Notes under the pieces: model-generated | What the model saw: the letters and a program-made list of their open reading frames with translations, nothing else | The model's database searches: none | Told to the model about the DNA's origin: nothing | Position numbers and translations under genes: made by a program | From: an uncultured bacterium | Lineage (GTDB): Bacteria; Chloroflexota; UBA5177; JANWHV01 | Length of the DNA: 64,000 bases | Direction of reading: 5' to 3' | Assembly (NCBI GenBank): GCA_963729625.1 | Contig: CAVSOU010000008.1 | Span: forward strand, 704,001-768,000 | Shown here: one piece after another, positions 1 to 10,183 of the stretch | Numbering within the stretch: position 1 is the first letter of the stretch | How the letters are laid out: each line of letters starts with the position of its first letter

Positions 1-3000
1 GGAGGAGGGCAAGCCCTGCCATCGCCGTCAGCAGGGCGAGCACGCCGTAGCTGATGAAGAAGAACACGACGGCGGTGCCGCCGCCGACGAGCACGACGGT
101 GCGTAGTGGACCCGCGAAGATGAGCAGCGTGGCCACCAGCAGCGCGAAGCCCGCAAACGGCAATAGATGCAGCACGGCGGCTGCCAGTGCCAGGGTGAGG
201 CCGCCGAGCGCAATCACCAGCACATCCACCGGCCGGTTCCGGCAGGGTCGCCAGGTGACGGGGATTGGCTCGGGCCTGCGCACCATGGCGAAATAGCGCG
301 GAAGGGCATCGCGGCGTTCCCAATAGTACATGGTGAAGAGCGTGCCGCGTACGTGCGCGCGCAGCCATGGCGCCACGCGCGTGTCGTTGTACACGCTGTA
401 GAGCAGGTATGCGAGCAGCACGTATATCGGTAAGCCCCAGTGCGACAGGAAATCGTTCAGCGGCGACTGATGCCGGAGAATCGTCCAGCCGATGTGCGAA
501 TAGAACGACTGGAAATGGCTGTAGAACGGCTCGTATAGACCAAAGGCAAAGATCGCCAGCAAACCGGCCTGCCACACGAGACTCCACCCGGTTCGCAGCC
601 AGCCGCGACCGAGCCAGAAGGAGCGAGCGACGACCACGATGCCGATGATGCCCAGCATCGCCGCCATGTCCCATGGATTGGTGGGGCCGATGGCGCCGAT
701 TAGCACGCCGATTATCGGCCAGACGACGAGCGATAGGCCGGGCAGCATCGGACGCGATTGTTCGACTTCGGTCACCGCGATCGGCCGTTCCCAGTCGTCG
801 TGCTCGAACTTCCCGGTGACGCCGTGCGCGAAATTGAACGCCACGGCCACGATGCACAGAGCAAACGGCATATCCCACAGATGCGCGTGCGGATCGCCGT
901 AGAGAAAGGTCCAGAACGGGAATTCGGTGATAATGCGGTGGTCGTCGAGAGACCGCGACCCGTCCCACGCCCAACTGCGGAAAGGATAGGAAGGGAGCGA
1001 GGCCTGTTGCAGCAGCACCCTGAACAGGCCCTGAATGGCGGCTACTGCCCCCCACAGGACGCCGCCGATCAGCGAATAGAGCCACGATAGGAGGTTGATC
1101 AGCGGCCCAAGCACAGGCAGATCGCTCCCGGCAGACGCGACAGGGTGCACCTGGCTCTGCATGGTGCTGGAGGCCTGCAGGTCCATGATCATCTGCTGCG
1201 CCCCATACAAGTTGCCCAGCAGCATGCTGAAGACGCCGGCAAGCAGGGCGAATGGGATGCGGCGAACCAGGCTGTAGGCGATAGATACGCCCGTGCCAAG
1301 CGTGAGGGCAAAGAAGGTGGGCAGAGCGAGATTGATGGCGATCGCCGGTGTAATGCCCGCCAGCTTGAGCAACGTGGCGACAGTGAAGTGACCGTAGTAG
1401 TAGTAGTTGAGATAGCCGCCGCTAAACCAGGGATCGAGCGGCGGCATCACACGGCTGCGCACGATGGCGTTGAGGAACGAGAAGTCCATAGTCTTCTCGC
1501 CACCGTCGAAGTTGTGCCACATGTCCGGGTAGACGGCGCGGATCCACAGGAACGCGATGAAGCCGAGAATGAACACGCCCTCGGTCAACGCTATCGCGCG
1601 CCAGCGCGAGCGTAGAATGCGCGGGATGTCCGGCAGGCGAGGCCCCCAGGCGAGCGAGATTGCGGCTATCGGTATCAGGCAGAGCGCAATCTCCTGCCGG
1701 CTGTAGTCCGCGATACGCAGGCTGGCCAGAATCCAGGCAAACCAGGCAAGCAGCAGAATACCCACCGTCTTGGAGACAACAAAGCCGCAATCGCCCAGCT
1801 TGCCAAACAGGCGCATGCTGATCGGCAGAGCAAGCAGCCCCAGCGCCTCCAGCATCAGCCACCACACCGGCGCTGGGAAGCGCATCGGCAGCGAGTCGGC
1901 GGGGAACATGCCGGCGTACGTCGGGTTCTTCTGGTTAACCTGAATATCCTTCGCCGAGAGCAAGAGTGACTTGGGCAGCGTGGTGGCCGTGGATCCGGCG
2001 CCGGTCAGCGTCGGATCCTGGATCCGGCCGTGATCCGTGAGCGCGGCCAGGATCTCGTCGGTGCTCAGCCTGCCGGTATTCTTGAAGATCTCGATCTGTG
2101 GATGGTCGTATTCATCGAAGTTCTGGTTGACACCCTGCTCGGTATCGGTCCAGGGACCAAGCTGAGGGTGCTCGACGAACTGCGCCACCATGGTGTAGCC
2201 CAGGGAATCCTGTGCGTTCAGCGCGCTGCCGAGAAGCAGCTTGTAGAACCGCTGCATGTACGGGTACTTGCTGCCATAGTCCTCGAAGCTCTCGACGGCG
2301 CGCCGGCCGTCTTCCAAATAATACTGCGCATGCGACAGGATGCCGGCCATGGTCTGGGCCTTGGCCAGCGAGTCGTCATCGTACGTGGGGAACTGGTTGC
2401 CTGAAACAGGCACCGTGCTCGCTCCCGCCCATGCGTAGATGCTCGGGTCCTGCTGCGCGTTGAGCCCGAGCGGCAAGCTGTTGTCGAGTGAGTTTTCGGC
2501 GAGGCGCGTGCCGCCCGGTATGTGCGCGTAGATCCATGTCGAGGCTTGCACGTAGGTCAGAGGCTTGCTGTAGATGTGCTGGTAGGCCAGGCCGTAACAC
2601 CCCGTGAGGAGCAGCACGAGCCCACCGGCCGCGTAGCCGGTCCAGCGGCGAACGCGCCATACGGCGCGCTTCGAATGCTTCGAATCGCCGGCCAGGGCCA
2701 TAATCGGGATCGCCGCCAGAACGCAGAGCGCCGGGACGATAGGCTCCATGTAGCGGAGGTACTTCATGTACAGCATGCCGGCGGAGATAAAGTACGAGAC
2801 TACGAAGAACGCAACCAGAGCACTCGCGCCGAGCTTGGGGGTCAGGGCTTTCACGCATTCGTAGAGCAGGCCCGCATAGGCGAGGACGGCCAGGGGGATA
2901 CCCAGTGAGTAGTTAGTAAGCTGCGAGAGCGGATAGATCAACGCCGGCAGCCCGTGCCATTTTATGGTGTAAAAGACCACCACGTTGCCACTCGCGAGGT

Positions 3001-4141
3001 CGTTCTGGTAGAGCACGCCGGCTTTGAAATTCGAGAAGTCCGTAAACGTGTAGGGCTGAAAAACGAACAGAGCCACGGCGGTCATGCACGCGACGGGCAG
3101 GAGCGCAAGGACAAGGTAGTCCCAGACAAGCAGCTTGAGCACGCCCCAGGTGCGTTTTCTGAGCGCGGCCGCGGCGATGGCAAGCGGCCAACTGGCGGTT
3201 CTCTTGGCCTCGGCCAAGATGGTGCTGACACTAAGCTCACGCCACAGCACGGCGAGCCCAACAGTGGCAACCAGCGTCACCGCGGAGGCCTTGGTCGCGA
3301 GAGCAGCCCCAAGCCAGATGCTCGCGAACACGTAGTCGCGCTTCCTGCCGTCTTGTACGAGGGCGACGCTGGCCAGCAGCGTACCGGTGGCAAATGTGCC
3401 GAGGAAGCTGTCGACCGTTGTGAAATGCGCCAACTGGATTGACAGGACGGCGAAGCAGGCAAACGACGCTGCCAGAAGACCCGCGCGCGATCCGGCGAGC
3501 CGCTTCCCCAGCAGGTAAACCAGCAGCACCGTACAGGTGTCGAAGATGCCGGAGAGCACGCGTCCATACAGAATAGGATTCGCGGTCTTCCAGACGGCAC
3601 AAGCCGTCCACTTGCCGGCGAGCCAGGAGAGTATCGAGCCGAAGATCTTGATCAGGTAGATCGGGAGGGAGCCGTAGTTGAAGCCGCTTTGGTCGTGCGC
3701 GGGATGACCGTCGACGGGGGCGCGGCCCACCGCGGCTGCTACCGCTGGATTCCATCCACTGTCGCTATTGAAGAAGTCGAGCGGGCTGCTTGGATACTGG
3801 ATATTCTGCACCAGCGTGCCGCCGACGAACCATTCGTCGGGATGCTGGAATTGGCCGTTGCCCCAATCGAAGGAGTGCCCTGTAGGTCCAAACACACGCA
3901 GCCAAATGGTTATCAGGAGAATGACGGCCAGAACGATTGCGGTGAAAGTACGAACACGAGGCAAGACCCGCTGTGCTCGACGCAGTCCCGCGCCCCTGGC
4001 AACGTGTGTGTCGCTTTCTGCCTCATCGCTGATGTTCCCGCCTGGATCTCGCCCGGCACGATCCGTGGACCTCTGGTCGTCGTTAGGCGAGGTCTGATAC
4101 GGGCTGCTCGACGACGACGTGAATTCAGGATCCGGATTCAT
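1..4141 (-). CDS. Large multi-pass membrane glycosyltransferase: GT39/PMT-like N-half plus DUF2298 'YYY' domain; runs off the window at its 3' end
   Basis: Absent from the ORF track because there is no stop inside the window. ATG at 4141 with AGGAG upstream. Manual spot-checks of one frame give MNPDPEF...FDWGNGQFQHPDEW and EKTMDFSFLNAIVRSRVMPPLDPWFSGGYLNYYYYGHF (about 1385-1500), with many hydrophobic segments. Confidence 0.85.
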   Translation of the reverse strand, partial: MNPDPEFTSSSSSPYQTSPNDDQRSTDRAGRDPGGNISDEAESDTHVARGAGLRRAQRVLPRVRTFTAIVLAVILLITIWLRVFGPTGHSFDWGNGQFQHPDEWFVGGTLVQNIQYPSSPLDFFNSDSGWNPAVAAAVGRAPVDGHPAHDQSGFNYGSLPIYLIKIFGSILSWLAGKWTACAVWKTANPILYGRVLSGIFDTCTVLLVYLLGKRLAGSRAGLLAASFACFAVLSIQLAHFTTVDSFLGTFATGTLLASVALVQDGRKRDYVFASIWLGAALATKASAVTLVATVGLAVLWRELSVSTILAEAKRTASWPLAIAAAALRKRTWGVLKLLVWDYLVLALLPVACMTAVALFVFQPYTFTDFSNFKAGVLYQNDLASGNVVVFYTIKWHGLPALIYPLSQLTNYSLGIPLAVLAYAGLLYECVKALTPKLGASALVAFFVVSYFISAGMLYMKYLRYMEPIVPALCVLAAIPIMALAGDSKHSKRAVWRVRRWTGYAAGGLVLLLTGCYGLAYQHIYSKPLTYVQASTWIYAHIPGGTRLAENSLDNSLPLGLNAQQDPSIYAWAGASTVPVSGNQFPTYDDDSLAKAQTMAGILSHAQYYLEDGRRAVESFEDYGSKYPYMQRFYKLLLGSALNAQDSLGYTMVAQFVEHPQLGPWTDTEQGVNQNFDEYDHPQIEIFKNTGRLSTDEILAALTDHGRIQDPTLTGAGSTATTLPKSLLLSAKDIQVNQKNPTYAGMFPADSLPMRFPAPVWWLMLEALGLLALPISMRLFGKLGDCGFVVSKTVGILLLAWFAWILASLRIADYSRQEIALCLIPIAAISLAWGPRLPDIPRILRSRWRAIALTEGVFILGFIAFLWIRAVYPDMWHNFDGGEKTMDFSFLNAIVRSRVMPPLDPWFSGGYLNYYYYGHFTVATLLKLAGITPAIAINLALPTFFALTLGTGVSIAYSLVRRIPFALLAGVFSMLLGNLYGAQQMIMDLQASSTMQSQVHPVASAGSDLPVLGPLINLLSWLYSLIGGVLWGAVAAIQGLFRVLLQQASLPSYPFRSWAWDGSRSLDDHRIITEFPFWTFLYGDPHAHLWDMPFALCIVAVAFNFAHGVTGKFEHDDWERPIAVTEVEQSRPMLPGLSLVVWPIIGVLIGAIGPTNPWDMAAMLGIIGIVVVARSFWLGRGWLRTGWSLVWQAGLLAIFAFGLYEPFYSHFQSFYSHIGWTILRHQSPLNDFLSHWGLPIYVLLAYLLYSVYNDTRVAPWLRAHVRGTLFTMYYWERRDALPRYFAMVRRPEPIPVTWRPCRNRPVDVLVIALGGLTLALAAAVLHLLPFAGFALLVATLLIFAGPLRTVVLVGGGTAVVFFFISYGVLALLTAMAGLALL

Positions 4142-4344
4142 GATGCTCCTCGATTGGATGGGGATAGCGCAGAGCAGGACCGCCTGCTGCTGGCCGGCAT
4201 GGAAAGGTCGTGCGCGAGCCGTTGTGCCGATCGAACGATATGGTACATGAGAATCTGTCGGGCTGGGGTTGCATGCCTATCCAAGTGCTGATGGCGGTAT
4301 CGCACACGGCGCTCTGGTGCAGGGGCGGACCGCGACGAAGCGCG

Positions 4345-7300
4345 CTAGCGCGCGGATACCCTCAGGCCGATCGCCTCGCGGACGGCGGCGATGAACTCCG
4401 TGTCGTGGTATGGCTTGGTGAAGTAGCGCGAGGCGCCCATCTTTTCCGCAGTGCGCAAGTGTTTCTTTCCAGTACGCGACGAGAGCATGAAGACGGGGAG
4501 ATGGTCTCCGCCGGGAAGATGTCGAATAGCGTAGAGCGCCTCGAGCCCGTCCATGCGTGGCATCTCGATGTCCAGTGTTACGAGGTGTGGCAAGCCGTTC
4601 GCACGTATGTGTTCCAGCGCATCCTGCCCATCGCGCGCGGTTTCCACCGTGAACCCGGCGTGTTGGAGCGTTCGCGTCAGGGCAAGTCGCATGGTCAGGC
4701 TGTCATCCACGACCAGCACGACCACGTCGCCAGATGTGTCGGCCCGGGCGCTTATCTCCTCGAGGCCCGACAGGCCGATCTGGTCGAGCAGGGGCACCAG
4801 GTTCAGCACGGGCGCAGGAGTACCGTCGCCCAGAACAATGGCCCCCAAGAGGCGATCGACGGTTTGCAACAGGAACGGGAGAGGCTTGACGATCTGGTCT
4901 TCCTCTTCCACGATCTCGTCGACCGCCAGGGCAACGCGGTCCCCGCGATAGGGCAGAACAAGCACGGTTCGCTCTTCGAATTCCTTTGTCGGCGAGCCTG
5001 ACTCGAGGTGACTATCCGGGAGGAAGTAGAGCGGCAGCTCGGACGTGCCAATCCGCACGCGGTGGCCGTTCTTCTGGCGCTTGCTCACGGCCGTCGGCGG
5101 CACAAGCTGGACAAACGAGATTTGCGTGGCTGGTATAGCGAGGCAGCGGCCTGCGTCCCGTACCACGATGCAGTGCACGACCGCCATGCTCAGCGGCACC
5201 TGGAGCACGACGATGGTGCCTCCGGCGTCTCGCTTGCCGATAGAGACCGATCCACCCATGCGCGTGCATGCTTCGCGCACGATCTCCATACCCATCCCGC
5301 GCCCGCTCAGCTCCGTCACTTCCTTTGCCGTGCTGAATCCTGGCCTGAACACCAGCTCCAGCTTCTCGCGCGTGGTAAGCGCGGCGGCGCGATCGGCGCC
5401 CAGCAGGCCGCGCGCGACGGCAATACGCGCGATCTTGTCAGGGTCGATGCCGCGCCCGTCGTCGCTCACCGAAACAATGACCTGGCTGCCTTCCACCGAC
5501 GCACGCACTGTGATGCGCCCGACACGGGGCTTCCCCAGTGCCTCGCGCTCGTCCGGCGGCTCGATGCCATGATCGACGCAGTTGCGTAGCAGGTGCATGA
5601 GAGGCTCGAACAGCCGATCGCACACGTATTTGTCCAGCGCAACGTCGTCGCCTTCCATCGTCCAACGCACCTCGCGGTGCGCCGCGGCCGCCGTGGTACG
5701 CACGACCTGATCAAGTCGCACGCGCAGCTGGCTGAGCGGCAGCAGGCGCATGTTGAGCAAGGCGCCCTGTAACTCCGTGTCGAGCCTAGTCTCGGTGGTC
5801 GCCAGAGCCCGCTTGCGCGCCACGACGTCGTTCACGCCCTGCACAAGGGCCTGCTGATCAGCCGCCGCCTCTTGCAGCTGAAGAAGCAATTGCCGAATCG
5901 GGCCGTAGGTCTCGAGGTCCAGACCGTCGGCGTCCTGCTCAGGCATCGCATCATAGCCGTGCGACGTGATCTGGTAGTGCAGGCCGATGACGATTGCCTC
6001 CAATCGATGTACGGCGCGTGCCATCTCATTCACCGTGTTTGCCAGGGTCTCCACGAGGCCGTGCGACGCAGTCCGATTCGCCACAATCTCAGTGACCTTG
6101 GCGACGAGCGCCTCAACTTTCTCGAGGTCGACTGCCACCCGATTGCTCTGGTTGTACGCTGGGGGAATAGCCGGTCGCGCCAGCAACTGTGACTTGTCAA
6201 GTGAGACAGGCTGCGGTTCGCTATCAACTATCAAACCGGCATCCGCCCCAAGCGAGTCCGTCGAGGCCGGCTCGTCCTCCGGCTGAATCGTGGCTGCCGC
6301 CTCCGAGTCACCGCCGGGCTGGCATTGGTCCGCGCCGGCGCCATTCAACGCGCTGTCGCTGTCACTGGGCTGCGACGGACTCTCGCTATCTCCGGCGATC
6401 GGCGCGGGCGAAGTCGCGATCGCCCTCATGCCAGCCATCTCCATGGCTTTGCCGCGCAGCCTGCCAACGAGGGTGCGCACGCTGCTGTCCGATCCGGCGC
6501 CGGAAGCCGGCACGGTGAGCGCTTCCCGCATCTCGTTCTCGGCTTCGAACAGCACCTGTAGCACCGCCTCGGGAAGACAGGCAATGCCAGGCTCCGGCCG
6601 TCCGATCACGTCTTCGCAGGCGTGCGCTAACTCCGCGATCGAGCTCTTGCCGCACATGCGGGCGCCGCCCTTGATGGTATGGACCGATCGGCGCGCTTCG
6701 GCCATCGCCGCTTCGTCCGGTCGTCGCTCGAGAGTCTCAAGGCAGGTATGCAAGATGTCAAGCATCTCGCCAGCCTCCTCGATGAAGACTTCCAGCAGCT
6801 GCGCGGCCAGCCCGCCATGTACGGACACCGAGGCAGGAGCCGCCTGCTCGTCGCGTCCGATCGGCTCAACGGCAGCCGGGAGATCGACGAGTGGCGGCGC
6901 CGGTACCGTATGCACTGTCTCGGGGATGTCCTCGCAGTCGTCTTGCGGATTGGCTCCCGCGGCACGAGCCGGCGACGCGGTGGCCGGCGTACTTATCTCT
7001 TCACGGAGCGCCGGCGCCAAGTGGTCGACCTGCTCATCACCTGCCGGAGTCGAATCCGACATGGCCGTGGGCGTGCAACAGGCGCGTAACTCTTGCGTCA
7101 GCGCGATGACACTAGCATCCGATCCCGGACCTGCAACCGGGCGCTGCAGGGCGGCACGCATCTCCTGTTCCGTAGTGAAGAGTATGTCTAAAGTCGCTGA
7201 TGGCGGGCTGGCGCCGTAGGACGAGATAGAGTCGACCAGGGTCTCAGCGGCGTGTGCAAGCTCCGAAGGGAGCCGCATGCCGCACATACGGGCGCCTCCC

Positions 7301-7452
7301 TTGAAGGTGTGCAAGTCGCGCCTGAGTGCGATGACGACGTCACTCGCATACCGGCGCTCAAGAATCTCGAGCGAGACATGCAGGCGGTCGAGCACCTCAT
7401 GTGCTTCATCCATGAAGACGTCGAGCAGATCGTCGGCAAGGGCGGTCATCAC
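4345..7452 (-). CDS. cheA: Hybrid chemotaxis histidine kinase (CheA/ChpA-like): 2x Hpt, dimerisation, HATPase, CheW, C-terminal REC
   Basis: Two Hpt motifs (LHTFKGGARM, VHTIKGGARM); HLLRNCVDHGIE, DDGRGID, PGFST...SGRGMGM; REC motifs VVDDS and LDIEMPRMDG. Confidence 0.95.
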   Translation of the reverse strand: MMTALADDLLDVFMDEAHEVLDRLHVSLEILERRYASDVVIALRRDLHTFKGGARMCGMRLPSELAHAAETLVDSISSYGASPPSATLDILFTTEQEMRAALQRPVAGPGSDASVIALTQELRACCTPTAMSDSTPAGDEQVDHLAPALREEISTPATASPARAAGANPQDDCEDIPETVHTVPAPPLVDLPAAVEPIGRDEQAAPASVSVHGGLAAQLLEVFIEEAGEMLDILHTCLETLERRPDEAAMAEARRSVHTIKGGARMCGKSSIAELAHACEDVIGRPEPGIACLPEAVLQVLFEAENEMREALTVPASGAGSDSSVRTLVGRLRGKAMEMAGMRAIATSPAPIAGDSESPSQPSDSDSALNGAGADQCQPGGDSEAAATIQPEDEPASTDSLGADAGLIVDSEPQPVSLDKSQLLARPAIPPAYNQSNRVAVDLEKVEALVAKVTEIVANRTASHGLVETLANTVNEMARAVHRLEAIVIGLHYQITSHGYDAMPEQDADGLDLETYGPIRQLLLQLQEAAADQQALVQGVNDVVARKRALATTETRLDTELQGALLNMRLLPLSQLRVRLDQVVRTTAAAAHREVRWTMEGDDVALDKYVCDRLFEPLMHLLRNCVDHGIEPPDEREALGKPRVGRITVRASVEGSQVIVSVSDDGRGIDPDKIARIAVARGLLGADRAAALTTREKLELVFRPGFSTAKEVTELSGRGMGMEIVREACTRMGGSVSIGKRDAGGTIVVLQVPLSMAVVHCIVVRDAGRCLAIPATQISFVQLVPPTAVSKRQKNGHRVRIGTSELPLYFLPDSHLESGSPTKEFEERTVLVLPYRGDRVALAVDEIVEEEDQIVKPLPFLLQTVDRLLGAIVLGDGTPAPVLNLVPLLDQIGLSGLEEISARADTSGDVVVLVVDDSLTMRLALTRTLQHAGFTVETARDGQDALEHIRANGLPHLVTLDIEMPRMDGLEALYAIRHLPGGDHLPVFMLSSRTGKKHLRTAEKMGASRYFTKPYHDTEFIAAVREAIGLRVSAR

Positions 7453-7464
7453 GTACCCAGCAAA

Positions 7465-7944
7465 CTAATCGCTTTTGTTCGAGGGATCAGCGAGGCCAAG
7501 TATCGAGCGGCGCCCCTGGGGCGATAGCTTCTCACTGTCGGGCGTCTCCGGCAGCATGCTCTTCGTGTCGACCACGAGAGTTGAGGCCGCCTGCCGGAGC
7601 TCACCGGTGGCCACCGAATACGCCCGCACCGTCAACGTGAGATGCTCGCTTGATTCGCCCATTCGCTGCGAGATCCGTCGCATTTGCCGCGCGATTTCAA
7701 CCATCGGTCCGCTCATCTTCATCCTGGTGGCTTCGAGGGTGGTGTTGCTTGCAAGCGTTCGCAGTTGACGCACCAGGGCTTGCATCTCCTGGACTGTCCG
7801 CTCAGCTTCCTGCACTTGGTCATCGAGCTGGAGAACGCGCTGGCTGACATAGTCCGCGCTCTCCGCCAGACGGTACAGCGTCTGTGTATGAACACGTACC
7901 GCATCTTCGACGGCGATGCCGTGCTTCAGGCGATCAGGGTTCAT
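7465..7944 (-). CDS. Small soluble coiled-coil protein resembling a degenerate MCP signalling hairpin
   Basis: LRTLASNTTLEATR...VEIARQMRRIS aligns loosely with the MCP tip consensus LALNAAIEAAR...AVVAxEVRKLA. Lies between the MCP and cheA. Confidence 0.6.
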   Translation of the reverse strand: MNPDRLKHGIAVEDAVRVHTQTLYRLAESADYVSQRVLQLDDQVQEAERTVQEMQALVRQLRTLASNTTLEATRMKMSGPMVEIARQMRRISQRMGESSEHLTLTVRAYSVATGELRQAASTLVVDTKSMLPETPDSEKLSPQGRRSILGLADPSNKSD

Positions 7945-7954
7945 AATGATACCT

Positions 7955-10183
7955 CTAGCTTACCTTGAGCGTTGCCACGGAATCACTGAGTTCCTCGGTC
8001 AGCTCGCGCAGATGAACCGCATCCGCGGCAGAGGCTGCCGTATGTGTCGACGTCTGCACCGAGATCTGGTTCAACGTACCCATCATGTCGGCGACATGAG
8101 CGGCCATAGCGGCCTGCTGCCTGCTAGCGCCGGCGATGAATATGTTAAGATCCGCCAGCCGCTGCACTACACGGTAGATGGTATCGAAATTCTCGCCCGC
8201 GGAGTTCACGGCTCGAGACACGTTTCCGACCTCTTGCGCGACATCCTCGATAGCGGCAACCACGTGCGAAGTCTCGCGCTGCGTGTTCTCGATCACTGTC
8301 TGGATCTGGCGCAGCGCCTCCTGAGACTGTTGAGCGAGTTGCTCAATGGAGTCGGCGACCGTTCGGAAGATGCCGCCACTGTCGGCAAAGCGAGCGGCTT
8401 CAATCGAGGCGTTGCCCGCGATCATGTGGAGCTCCTCGGTGTTGTGCTGTACGAGCAGTAGCGCATTTCCCATGAGCTGAGCGCTCTCCCCCAGGCTCTT
8501 CACTTCGCGTGCTGCTTTCTTGGACGTCTCGGAGGTGCGCCGCACGGCTTCGCGCGCCGTGGTTACCGCGCCATTCCCACTGTTTACGGCTTCCACCGCC
8601 TGGCCGGCAACATCAGTGGCCGAGCGCGTTCGTTGGCTGACGGTCTCAGCGGATTCGGCCATCTCAGCGATTGCCTCGGCGCTCGAGGTGAGCTGTTCAG
8701 CCTGTCGCCGCGCCTCCTGGGAGACCTGGCTGATAGTCTGCGCTATCTTCGATGTGTGCACACTGACCGTGTTCGTAGTAACCTGGATGCGCTTCACCGT
8801 GCTCTTGAACCGATCGAGCAGAATACCGACCGAATCGGCCACTGCCCCGAGCGATCCTTCGCTCATAGTCGGCTTGACGGTGAGATCGCCGCTCGCGGCC
8901 TCTGACAGCTCGGTGAACAGCTGAATGACGCCATTCTCAAGGTCGGCCCGCTGATTATCGAGATCCCGGACCAGTGCTTGCGTCCGACCGATGAGCATGT
9001 CGACCGTGGCTGCTATCTGCCCAATCTCATCGTGCTGGTTGACGTCCGTTCGGACGCCGAAGTTTCCTGCCCGCACCATCGCCAGGGCACGAGCGACACT
9101 CTCAAGAGGACGTGCCAGCTGTCGCGTGAACCAGACCGCTGTGGCGATCACCAGTAGAGCGAGCACTCCGAGTGCCGCGGTGAGCCATACGCTATCCAGA
9201 GCGCCCTCTGGCGAATAGTAGTTTGGCGCCACGAGCACGATGTCCCCACCACTATCAGGGTCGCCGGGAATCGTCCGCGACGCCCAGGAGCCGTTTGCAA
9301 GCTGAATCGGCTGGGCGGACGTGAGAGCGGCAAATGCCGCCTCTGCCTTGGCTGAAACAGGCGGATTGCCTCCCACGATGGTGACTGGCCCACCGGCCGG
9401 AAGTGTGCTGCCCACTATCGCGCGGCCGTCGGCAGCAAGCAGCGTGTCGGCCACGATAGGACTGCCGCTGCCCTTGTTCAGCGCAAGAAGCAGGCTTGCG
9501 GCATCGAACTCCCCGACGACAGCACCCAGCAGAGCCTTGCCGCGCATGAGCGGCACCGCAACGGAGAGCGTCGGCTTGACCCCTGCAAGCGGTTTCCCCA
9601 ATACTGCCACGGGCTCATGCCCTTCCATGGCTTTACTCGCGGCGGGAACACCATGTGCCGAGTGGCCGACGAGGGACGGTTGTGTGGAGGCGGCGACTCT
9701 CCCGGCAGGAGTGACAATGTACACCGTCTCCTCCTGGATCGGCGTCAGCGACGGGAAGCTCGCCGTGACGTGCCCCTTGATCGCTGCTTGAGCGATCCGC
9801 AGAACGGGTTTGCTGCCGGCCATCGCCTGCATGGTAGTCACGTCAGCACCGACGATGTTGCCAACTATCGCCGCGGTTGACGCCGTTTGGTTCTGGAGCT
9901 CTGTCGCCTCGTCAGCGCGGATCACGCTGTCGGCGTGGCGAGCTATGAGTATGGCCGTCAACAGAAGCGGCACGATGCCGAGCACTATGATGCCAAGGTT
10001 AGCCTTAATGCGGAATGGCCAATTGCGCGGAACGAGCCACTGCTCGAGCGTCTCACGCCTGGCGGCAGCTTGCGCCAACGCCTCATCTGCTAGGCGTTGC
10101 ATACGAGCCTCATGTTGTGGAGAATCGGCCCGGCTGTCGAAGAATGGTCCGATCATTTTGCCAATACGATCCTCGCTACTCAT
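7955..10183 (-). CDS. Methyl-accepting chemotaxis protein (PilJ-like): 2 TM, Cache-like sensor, HAMP, signalling domain
   Basis: Two TM segments; HAMP (DEIGQIA); SGDLTV...LGAVADS; tip NASIEAAR. Confidence 0.92.
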   Translation of the reverse strand: MSSEDRIGKMIGPFFDSRADSPQHEARMQRLADEALAQAAARRETLEQWLVPRNWPFRIKANLGIIVLGIVPLLLTAILIARHADSVIRADEATELQNQTASTAAIVGNIVGADVTTMQAMAGSKPVLRIAQAAIKGHVTASFPSLTPIQEETVYIVTPAGRVAASTQPSLVGHSAHGVPAASKAMEGHEPVAVLGKPLAGVKPTLSVAVPLMRGKALLGAVVGEFDAASLLLALNKGSGSPIVADTLLAADGRAIVGSTLPAGGPVTIVGGNPPVSAKAEAAFAALTSAQPIQLANGSWASRTIPGDPDSGGDIVLVAPNYYSPEGALDSVWLTAALGVLALLVIATAVWFTRQLARPLESVARALAMVRAGNFGVRTDVNQHDEIGQIAATVDMLIGRTQALVRDLDNQRADLENGVIQLFTELSEAASGDLTVKPTMSEGSLGAVADSVGILLDRFKSTVKRIQVTTNTVSVHTSKIAQTISQVSQEARRQAEQLTSSAEAIAEMAESAETVSQRTRSATDVAGQAVEAVNSGNGAVTTAREAVRRTSETSKKAAREVKSLGESAQLMGNALLLVQHNTEELHMIAGNASIEAARFADSGGIFRTVADSIEQLAQQSQEALRQIQTVIENTQRETSHVVAAIEDVAQEVGNVSRAVNSAGENFDTIYRVVQRLADLNIFIAGASRQQAAMAAHVADMMGTLNQISVQTSTHTAASAADAVHLRELTEELSDSVATLKVS

